A stretch of 64,000 bases of DNA, taken from the NCBI GenBank assembly GCA_038496445.1, contig JALMLS010000541.1:1-64000 (forward strand), read 5' to 3'. Each line of letters starts with the position of its first letter. Within the stretch, counting starts at the first letter, position 1. The position numbers were made by a program, and so were the translations under genes. Under the pieces are notes generated by a model that searched no databases, had not been told where the DNA came from, and saw only the letters and a list, made by a program, of their open reading frames with translations. The DNA comes from Trichosphaerium sp. ATCC 40318. Lineage: Eukaryota > Protista > Tubulinea. Shown in pieces: positions 1 through 10,623 of the stretch.

Positions 1-3000
1 TTTTGTCGATCTGAGGAAAGCAGAAAAGGAATGTACGTTGCCAGGCTGTTTGATCATAATCTATACCACCAACAAAGTCTATAGCATCGCTTACTTTTCT
101 AAGAAGAAGATTCATGTGCATAACACGTTTTCGCATATCAGCAGCAAAATTCTTTATGGGTCAAGGAAATTTGCAATAAATCAAAGTAAAAATACAAGCT
201 TGTTTGAGGATACTACCATGGAGTTTGTGAAAAATAGTTTACCGCTTTCTTCTTCATCTTGACTGTTCTCTTGTATTGCCTTTTCTATGTCCCATAGTTT
301 TCTTAACGCTGTTGGTGGAACAAGTTGTCCATGAAGCAATGCTATTAGCGTGTTAGAAGAGGTTGTTGAAGATAAAAACTCAACCTGCAAGAGCTTTTTG
401 GAACTTCTCTCCGAGGCTGCTTATGGTAAGAGCAGCGTCTTTATTCGTTTGGTAAAGTGTTTCAGTGATGAATCTAAGCACAGAGACCTTTGGATTTGCT
501 GGTGATTTAATGTCATTGAGCTAGAAGATCAAACAGTTGTGAACAAGCTAACGGCAATGAATCAATAATGTCTTACCTTTAGTAATGAATTGATATTGAA
601 GCCTCTTGTCTTCCTTGTTGATAAGTGATTCATTACGCCTATTACCATCTAGTAAAGATAAAAAGTTAGTGTAGTTCAAAAAGGGTTGTCGCTATTACCT
701 CCAAGAACACTTTGAAGTTTTTCCCGCCAAGTTCTTTTACAACATTAAGTACGTCCATAACACCCTACCACTCTAAGTTCACATAACCGTGCCAACTAGC
801 CGAGCAGGCGTACGTCTGTTTTCTCTGCAATCGATTCTAAAAATTCTTCTTTCCATTTCATCAATGGTAGACGTGTCACAATGTCAGGACACTCATTGTA
901 CATCTGAATAAAAAATAAACAAAGGCAAGCAAAAAAAGTGCGTTCGTGCCTTAACCAGAAATTGTGATCCTTTCTCGAGTGCATCCATACGTCCTTCGTA
1001 GGCTATACATCGTGCATACTATAACGTTATTTTCTGTAAGTTAAAGATTAGATAATAATCATCCAAATCGTACGTCTTCTTTGTATTCTTGTGCATGTTT
1101 CTGACTTACAAAGATTGGTGTTATCACTTGAAGTACATCTATTGTTATTGTTTTTGATAGTTTCATTTTATGAATGCAATCAATAAGATGTCTCAAATCA
1201 AGGTTTGAAGAACGCAAGAATATCTCTAAAAAAATATCACGTGTTAGAAAGAAAGATCAAAGAACGTGTTGTTTGGCTGCAAGAAAAAAAAGAGATGTTT
1301 TGTAGTTTCTCTTTGCACGTGACTTACTCAGCATGCGTTCGCGCTTTGGTGCCAGTGATATCAATTTATTCTCTTCTTTTTTAACTGTAGGTCCAGCAGA
1401 TACAGTAACGCGACCTGTCTTCATTGTAAACTGTTGTTCTAATACTTCTGCTTTAATTCCATGAAGCTCTGGTTTCATATCGTGGAATATAGTATCCTTT
1501 GTCATAGAAATACTCTTTACCCTAAATAAAACAAAAACATGTCAGACTCACGTGTACGAGTATGTACCCAAGGGTACTGCACTAACCTGTTTGCAATATT
1601 CAAAAATTTTCTTGTTGGTTTCTTTTTAGCACCAGGAGGAGGAGGAGGGCCGGGAGCGCTTGGTGGAGGTGGTGGAGCAGGCGGTCCTGGTACTGGTGGA
1701 GCATTTGGTGGTGAAGGGATTCCAGGTGGAGGTGGAGCGCCAGGAGGAGGTGGAGGTATATCACCATCTGCCAACATCACCTTGTGTTAAGTTAAGCTTG
1801 ATTATTGTTTATTTGAGCTTCTTACCTGTGGTTTTGGATTCGCACGCTCCTTCGCTGTAACGAATTTTTTGAGTGAAAAGAAATTTGTTGTTTTTGTTTA
1901 CCTTGCTTTCTGTTCTCAATGAGTTTATGAACAAATTCTATGAACGCTCGCGTTGGTGCTTGTGGTAATCCGAACGTTTCATTTGCAGGATCTTTTGGTT
2001 TGTTCGCTTTCTGTAAAAATCATCCATGTCAGTACAACAAACTGTTATAAGTCTGCGCATACCTTAACCATTGGAACAACTACCTCAGGTTTGGTTATAA
2101 CTACTTTACTATCTACCTACAATTAAAGTTAAGAGTGACTTATTCTGTTAGTTAAGTGATGATAGGTCCGTTTGTACTTTTTTATCAGATGGTGATGAAC
2201 CTCCACCAGTATTCAATTGTTTTATCTTTTCTGTTAGTTGTTTAATCTTTTCTTCATCGCCTTTAGCCTTTTCTTCTAGCTTTTTAATCGTTTCCATCAG
2301 CTGTTAACAAGGTTAATCGAGGTACCCTAAACTATCACAAATGGGGCGTACTTCTGCTTCAGATGGCGGAGGTGGAGGTGCATCTAAGTCAACCTCAGAA
2401 GTAACAACTAGTGAAGACTCTTCTTCGTCTTTTGATTGTTCTTCTTTTAGCCTCCCTGTAGAGTTGTTATAATCATTGATATAAACGTGAGTCTGTCTAT
2501 AAGTATTCACATACTTGAATTTGATCGTTTTAAGTTGCTACTATTCGCTCTCTGTGAAAGAAAACAAAGTAAGTTTCATGCGAACGAAAAAAAAAGAACA
2601 AGTCAAACTGCACGCACTGATGGTTTTGGAGACTTTAATAATCCGTTTACCTGTATATTTGTGTTAATGGAATATGTATTTAAGGTCATTTCTTATCTTA
2701 CCTTTGTTTTTACATCATACTTAAGGCCGTTATCATTGATAAGTTGCATTAATGATCTAACATCACTTTCAAGACTTCTTGCTAGTTTTTTAAGAGCTCT
2801 TGCTTCTTTATCACGTTTGCGAAGTCTAAGCTTATACTTATCAAGCTCTTGTAATACGAGAGCGTAGTCAGCGCTTGAATTAGCTAAAAAAGAGTGAGAA
2901 CAACCAACAAAAGAATAAAAGATGTCAAAAAGATTACATAAAAAAACCGAACCTGGGTTTGTTGATAGAATTCTATCCTCTTGTTGTAAGTAAGCATCAA

Positions 3001-5406
3001 CCTCTTTTCTTAAAATAGCAACATCTTCATATTTATCTAGTATTTTCTATTCATGTCACGTGTTAAAAAAAAACTGAAAAAAAGTTTTTGTTGGTGACTT
3101 TACCTCAAAGTTCTCCCTCATGAGTCCGGTTTTAGGATGATTAAGTGCAGGTTCTTTTAAGAAACCATATTTATCATTATTTGATATACATATTGTCAAC
3201 AGTCGCAGGAAATTAGCCTGGATGATGTAAGGAATGACGTCAATGTGACATGTTCGTGTTTTATTAAAGTATGTACCTTGAACTCAAGATTTGTACCCTC
3301 CCAAAGCTCTTCTAGAAGATCTCCAGTGACTCCAGTATGTACAACAATGAACGATTTAACAGAAACAATCATTGAGCTAGTTAAAAACACGTGAGCGTTT
3401 TTATGCTTATTACCAAACAAAAGTAATAAACTCAAGTTCGTACTCCACAACTGCATCGTTCTTAGCCATTCGAATAAGTAAACTAAACACGAGAACAACT
3501 TCTTCAATATCAACGCAGTCTATAACACTAACCAATAACTTGAGGTTATCAAGAATGGTCAAGCAAGTTTTACTGATCTAAAGAGTACCTATTAATGAAG
3601 CAATTGTAGACTTAATCCTACGTAAAAAAACCCGGCTTAAACAAAAATATCACGTGACACCTTTAGCAACTTTGGTACCCCCAAAACCAGAAATGTTCAA
3701 TAACAGATATTAAAAAATACGCACCTGTTCGTATCGTACAGCGTGATCAATTGTGTGAACCAAGTACTTCACCATATCGATATCTTGATCAGTAAATGTA
3801 CGTGCTGCGCTCCTATCCATCTCGCGTTATTAATGAACCGATAATGAATACTACTAGCTATATTAGCCATACCTAATCTTACTCATTTTGAAGCTAAGAC
3901 ATTCAACTATCCAAACTAATCCATCACGCCTTATAAACTCTTTTCTCCAGTTTTTAATATCCTCCTGTGCAGCCTTTTCGTTGTCTTTTAAAAATCACTT
4001 ACACTACTCTTAGTACCTTTCTCTTTACACTTAACTTTGAGTTTAGGGTAGTAAGCACATCAATTGTCACATCGCCACGCTTTAAAAGGCCTACAGTTTG
4101 ATTAAAAACATATCCACGTGGCGCCTAAAATGATCTTTTTTTGAAGTTTTCGGAAGTACCTATAAAATACTCTGGTTCTTGTTTTCTTTGCATGTGCTTT
4201 TCTTGTGCTACACGAAGCTGTTGAATAAGCGCCCATTTTTCACCAACATTAGTTCTTTTTGGAATAACACCCGTTGGAAGTGATCTCTAAATATCTTTCA
4301 ATTTAATCTTGATACATATTATACAAGGAATCATTTGTACGTACACATGCTTTCTTATACATACTATCAATTTCGCGAACAGACATGAGCTTATTTATGT
4401 CAAACTTTGAAAAAAATTAGCGGCAACAAAGAAATAATACACGAAAGGAAAAACTTGTGGGTTCCTTACGTCGAAATGAACTTGCATGTGGATTTGACCA
4501 AGTTTAGTTCCAGAAAATTCCTTTCTAAAGCCAATACCAGAACCAGTTTTCTCTCTCATTTTCCTAAAACGCCTTCTCTTCAACTACACAGACAATTATT
4601 TTTATTGTTTTTTTTTGCTTCTTGAAAAAACTTGCTTACTTGTATCCAAAAGTCGTGTGGCTTATTATCAGCGAAATTGACCACAGGTATTTCAACAACA
4701 CCCATGCTTGCTGTCATAATAAAGTTGACATATTCGAATACTTCAACACGTAATAAAACAGGATCTGATTTTGTTCCAAGGTCATGAACTATCCTATAAA
4801 AATCCACAAAAATTAAATCACGTGATACTTGTCTTCCATGGTTTTAACGTTATTTCAGTAAAAATAAAAAAAAACAGACACGTGACTAATAATAATATAT
4901 CTTACGTAGCTGAAGTGAAAGCCCACATGACCTTACCCTTATCTGAAGCGATTGGCGCTAAAAAACACAAAAAGGTTACTACTTGTGGGTTTTTTAACCA
5001 AAATTCAACAAAAAAAATCCTAACGCGTACGGCTTGCTTCTTTGTGATGTAGCACGCTCATTGTCACCCACGTATTATTATTAGAGAATCTTCCAGCTAA
5101 ATTTATTAACAACCAACAAAAATAAAACAATCACGTGCTTCGTTACAACGAAGTCTATAAGATAAGAAAAAACCTATGTTTTCGGTTTTCAAAACAAGAC
5201 AACAATTTACCTCCGCTTTTCTTTTTTCCTAGCTGACCGATCTGTCTGCCCTCTAATATCGTCACTTGTAACAAGGCCTTGTCAAAATAAAGAGTTGGGT
5301 CAAGTTTGCCAACGTGATCCTCTAATTCATCTCCAACGTCTCCAACTGTATTCCGCTCAAACCCAAAGGCATCTTGAGCGAGAGTGTCTTCACTACTGGA
5401 TTCCAT
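1..5406 (-). CDS. Multi-exon formin with N-terminal C2 domain (C2 - GBD/FH3 - coiled coil - FH1 - FH2); 3' end runs off the window
   Basis: Spliced by eye. C2 motifs LQVTILEGRQI and LRVEVFEY...MGVVEIPV; GBD-like NWRKEFIRRDGLVWIVECL; poly-Pro FH1 (1620-1760); FH2 motifs IVTRLPLMKWKEEF, VIGVMNHLSTRKTRGFNINSLLK, LNDIKS...VLRFITE. Confidence 0.8.
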
Positions 5407-5847
5407 CGTGTATTAAGGATAGCAACACGCTACAGTTTATACTTTATATTAATTAACGCGTTATTTGGCAAAAAGAAGGTGGCTAGCAATATGAGAAAGA
5501 AAGACTTAATGAGAGAAAGGTGACTTGTTTTTTTTTGTTTTTGATTCTCAAAAAGTCCGAAATACTCCTATTCACGAAGTGACGTTTTGTGTTATGATCA
5601 CACGAACTGTAATGGTTAATGAATACAGTATTCCGACAATGTAAGTATTTCCTTTACCCCTATTTTTGTATTTTCTGCACCTCATGTCTACACGGAATGT
5701 TGAACAGCAATATTTATTCTATTTTTCAAGATCAGTTTTAATGCCTTTTTTTTTAGTTTTTTGGAGCTTCGATAATGTTCAATAAATGGAGGTGTGCGTT
5801 GAAATACTTTGTAGTCAAAAAGCGCAAAACTCACTTTGGAAGCACGT

Positions 5848-6685
5848 TCATTTATAATATTTACGTTTTTGGTTCCTCTTTGCTTTTGAGGTTATTTTAG
5901 TATGAACAGTGCGCAAAGTATAAACACCATTTAGTGATTTGATGCCTTCATCTGTAGCAGAAGTATAAGAGAGATCAAGTGTATGAACGCCTGCCAGTGA
6001 TTTAATGCCTTCATCTGATATTTGCATACATCTAGTAAGGTCGATACTATGTACACCAGCGAGTGCTCTTAAACCTTCATCTGTAACAGAAGTACGAGTA
6101 AGGTTAATGGTATGAACACCTACAAGTGCTTTGATGCCTTCATCTGATATTTGCATACATATACTAAGGTTGATACTATGTACACCAGCGAGTGCTCTTA
6201 AACCTTCATCTGTAACAGAAGTACGAGTAAGGTTAATGGTATGAACACCAGCAAGGGCTTTGACACCTTCATCGTCAACATCAGAACATTCAAGATTAAT
6301 CGTATGAATGCCAGCAAGTGCTAATACCTTTATCTTTCATATTGCAAAATGGAAGATTTATGGAATGAACCCCGGTAAGTTGTTTTATGTCTTTGTATGT
6401 TAATTGATGTCTGTATGTTGATGTTATATTTCGACAATCAGCTAATAATGAAAACAAATTAACTTTCTTCTTTATACAAACGCAAACCATAGAATTTCTC
6501 ATAATACCCTTGTACTGTGCGATCCTCACCAAGTCTGGAATATTGTGAATATAGACACGTCCATAGCCAACAATGGCGTGAATGATATCAGCCAATATAC
6601 TACAAGATTGAGCAATAGAGAACTTATCTTTCTCTCTTATTCGACATACAATCTTTGAAAGAACTTCTGGTGGACAATCAAGCAT
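5848..6685 (-). pseudogene. Intronless F-box + short-LRR (GVHTINL family) gene with one frameshift at ~6322
   Basis: F-box-like MLDCPPEVLSKIV...IAQSCSILADII, then LRRs. The sequence 'ggt att a gca ctt gct ggc att cat acg att' breaks the KGI-x-ALAGIHTINL frame. Could instead be an assembly error. Confidence 0.75.
6005..6249. repeat. Near-identical 129-bp tandem duplication (two LRR units, 43 codons)
   Basis: atgccttcatctgatatttgcataca...tatgaacacc starts at 6005 and again at 6134. Confidence 0.9.
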
Positions 6686-7396
6686 ATTCGCCCTAAATTG
6701 TTTTAGTAACAACTCTTTGTGACTAGAAAAACACAACTTATGTATGTATTCAAACTAAAATGTACGACTTCGGTATTGTTGATTTGTTACGGTGTTGTAC
6801 ACATGTCATTTCAAAGATTACACTTGACACATAACGGCACTGAAAGATAAATGTTCTTTAACCACAAAGGTGAATTGTAGAAGAATGTTTGTTTTTCTGA
6901 GAAAAATATCAACAACACGTACTTTCTTGGTTTGCACTTTGTCAAATTAAGATTCTTTGGTTGTTGTCCAACGTTCGTAAGTTGTTGCGTGATGGTTGTA
7001 TCTGAGACGTTTAATATAGTTTCCACTTGTTTTACGAAGGTTTTGTGTTCTGGTGTAATTTTATTAAATAGATCCTTGTGGTTCTTGTGATAGTATGTGA
7101 GGGCTTGTTCTACGGTGATACCACAAAAACTCATGATTTGCTGTGTTTGGAATGCGATAACCAGTTTGCAACAACACTTAACTCCTTAAGCTAGATTGCC
7201 AAGAAATTTGAAAAATAGTCATTCTTTGTTAAGAGGAGATTTCACCTGTTCGAACCAAGGCTGATTGCGTGGGTTAAAGTCTGAGCGTGGAAACGGCTTT
7301 CAACTTTACTAGAGTAGCATTCACTTGTACAAGTAATTGTAGGTAACCGTTTAATAATGTTTGTGCCTAGTAGGGACCGGACCACTACCTTGTCTG

Positions 7397-9846
7397 TTAC
7401 TTTCTGAACGGTACGGGTTCCTTTGCTGGTAATCCTCTAGGGTCTTCGTCAAGTGGAGTTACATCTGCAGTCTGCAAATACCATTCTAAGAGCTCCTCAA
7501 GTAGTTCTACACGTTGGGTAGAGTACCTAAACAATACATTACTTTTTTTTAAGGTCACTTTTCAAACTCACGATGGATCGTTATAAACGTTGTTCAGTTC
7601 TCTTGGATCTTTTTTAATATCATAAAGCTCATTAACACCGAGCGGCCTGTAAACCATCTAGATTCCAAAAACTTAGTTTAAAGTTGCGCAGAAGAACGAA
7701 CTATTGAAAAAATAAAGAATTCTGTCCTTGTCGAACCTTAAAGTCCATTTTTCGTATCATTACACAACGTGGTATTCCATTAGGTTGTTTTTCTTCTTCT
7801 CCTCTTGGATAAACCATACGAGTCTTATCCGCATATGTTTTAGCTTGCTCTGGATCATAGGGCTCAATCTCCTGTTGCAGAAAGGTCAGCGCCAATAGTC
7901 TTTGGAGAAAGTAGTGTACATAATGGTAGTAGTAGCCTCCTTCGCTGAATACTGCACGATTTACATCACCAGTGCTTCCTTTTAATTCTGGCACAAGTGA
8001 TTTTGAAAAATGTACACGTGTATCATTAATGCCTGCAAGATCAAGGATAGTAGACATAATATCAAATTGAGCGACAGGTGTCCTACGAAAATAAGCATCA
8101 ATCTTAGAAAGTTTGTTTGATGCTTGCGTACTTTACACGATGACCTTTTACACCATCTGGTATGCGCATCATCAATGGAACATGTGTTAAGATATCATCC
8201 ATACCACCAGGCCATTTTTCGACAAGGTGGAAATCACCCTTTTATTGCCTTTAGTTGTGAATAAATTTCTGATTTTTTTCTTACTGAAAAGTCTCCATGA
8301 TCAGATGAAACTATAACTGCTGTGTTATCCCAGTACTCGCTTTTTTCAACATAGTCTAACATTTGACCAAATACCCAATCTAATAAATTGATAAGCGCAA
8401 CACAAGCTAAGCCTCACTTACCAGAGTACGAAATTAGCCCCAAGTATACTGCATTTATTCTATAGAACAGATCATCATTGAAGTTTGTCAAATTTCTATA
8501 ATATTGAATGCCCTCAGTTGGTGAATGATATTTTGGTTTTTCTATCCCATCCATTAGCTATTAAAAAACATAAAGAAGTTTCGCACTTGGATTATTTGGT
8601 GGTCTCAAAGGTGCTTTTTTCTAAACGTGATTGTTAGTTGCTCAGAAAAAAAAAGTTGCATGTACCTTTATTTCATCTGGATTGTACATGCTGTAGTACG
8701 GATTCGGAGCACCATAAGGTGGATGAGCTCCAATACCAGGTAAAAATATCATCCAAGGCTCCTGAGGGTTTGTCTCTAAAAACCGAATCGCACGTGTTAC
8801 TGCGTAGTAATCCCTTGCCAAAAGAAATTAGCAACAACAAAGCACTGTTTTCCCTTTTTCGTTCTTTCTTTACCTGTTATTGGTTGAATTGTACGAGTCT
8901 GTATCAGGCTTGTCCAAGTACGAATAATACCTATAACTAGTAAACAAGCGTAAAAAAGGCCATAAGCTGATATTGATCACTTTTTTTTTGCGTTCGAAAA
9001 CTACAAAGCGTACCCTGCCTCACCAAATTTGAACATGGGTCCTCCTCTTTGAACGCCTATATCGTCTTCCCAATATGTAACAGAGTCTGGGAACGCTTTT
9101 TGACTAAACATATCGTTCTTTCCAAGCCATACAACAGTATAGCCATCTTCCTTCAAATACTTGAACAGATTTCTTTCATAAACTTGAACAAGATGCGTCT
9201 GAGTTCTATCCTCAAAATTAGGAACATACAGGCCTACAAACATAATCTAAACGATTTTCACCTGTGACCAAGAACCTAAAAAACCCAAAATAGTTACTCA
9301 CGTGATATTTCAAGTAAAGGAAAAGTAGCTAAAGTGTTCAAAAATACTGTCGTATAACTTAGCTAGGGTTATAGGACGAGTTGTTGCAGGTACGAGGTAA
9401 GTAGAATTCTAAGTTTATTAATCTTATTACAAAATAAGGAACTTCGTTATATTCAGATAACGAATGACGGATATGAATGTGTTCATATACGACAATACAA
9501 CGAATAAACAACTTCGTTACTCACATGCAAGTATCTTCCTGTAGTGAGTGCGCAGCGACTTGGAGAGCACTAGTTATAAAACAAGTTAGTTTAAACCAAA
9601 AATAAATGCAAGGCATGTCGGTAGTCTTTGTTAACGTACTTGGGTATGCTGCACGTGAGCATTTTCAAAAACAGTGCCCATGGAGGCTAAGCGATCATAG
9701 TTTGGTGTTTTTGTTATAGGATGACCATAAGTACCAAGAGACTCTGCTCTTGTCTCATCTGGAAAGAAAAAGATAAAGTTTGGCTTCTTTGCAGCCAGTA
9801 CCAATCCTAATAAACATAATAACACAATCGTTGCGATATATGTCAT
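7397..9846 (-). CDS. Secreted formylglycine-dependent sulfatase, multi-exon
   Basis: Signal peptide; KPNFIFFFPDE; spliced catalytic motif HTQ|CSPSRCALTTGRY (CxPxR); VIVSSDHGD; ELYDIKKDPRELNNV; ends ...PVPFRK*. Confidence 0.9.
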
Positions 9847-10623
9847 TATCACGTGTTAAGTGTAGTGGACTGAATAAGACCAATTTTTTTATGTATACTA
9901 TGACTGTACCGTTATGCCCAAGATTAAACCGTCTGGATCCAGCAAAAATACATAAACATCGGACCTAGATACGCTTCTGAAGTTCATCTAATACGACACT
10001 ATTAGGGAAATTTTGTCAACTTTATTGTTACTGGAATTGCTTGATAAGAAATGTCTCCTTCATTCTTCTTTCCTTTCCAATGTTACGTAGAAGCAGTCGC
10101 AGCACCTAACTCCTCTACGAAATATACAACTTTGTAGCAGTTAAGCCTGATTAGGATCGACGGCTGTTTTGCGTTTGCCGTTAACAGAATGGTAATTTTT
10201 CTAAAACTCGTGATTGTCGAAACTACTGCCAAGGTGTAACTTTAGAGAAAAGTTAGTCTCCCTTAAAGTTTAATCATTAACCGTGCAATGATTAGCTTTG
10301 GCACCAGTGACGCACAATTTTGTTAGAGTGGTATACGCATTTAATAACCTATGGGGCCACAAATACCAACGGGTTATCCACCCAAATTCCATAGTATTCT
10401 TTCAATCATAAATGTTTGCTAAAGAAACTGGACGCCGGATTTGTAAGTGTAAAAATCACTAAGGCTACATTCATAGTACATCCGGTAGTAAATACTGAGA
10501 TCATCTTCCCTGGTCTGTTGAAACTGACATTGAAAAGTTTGTTATAACTTAAGGTACTTAAGTCATACTATGAAGGACACAATGAGACATTTTGAGCCAC
10601 AACAATTACTTTCAACATCTTTT

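Noticed and set aside
1539-1790. Gly-rich plus-strand ORF
   Set aside because: Antisense of the formin poly-proline FH1 region.
6811-7180. Minus-strand ORF with faint resemblance to a dual-specificity phosphatase C-terminus
   Set aside because: No CX5R motif and no assemblable upstream exons; cannot be supported as a gene.
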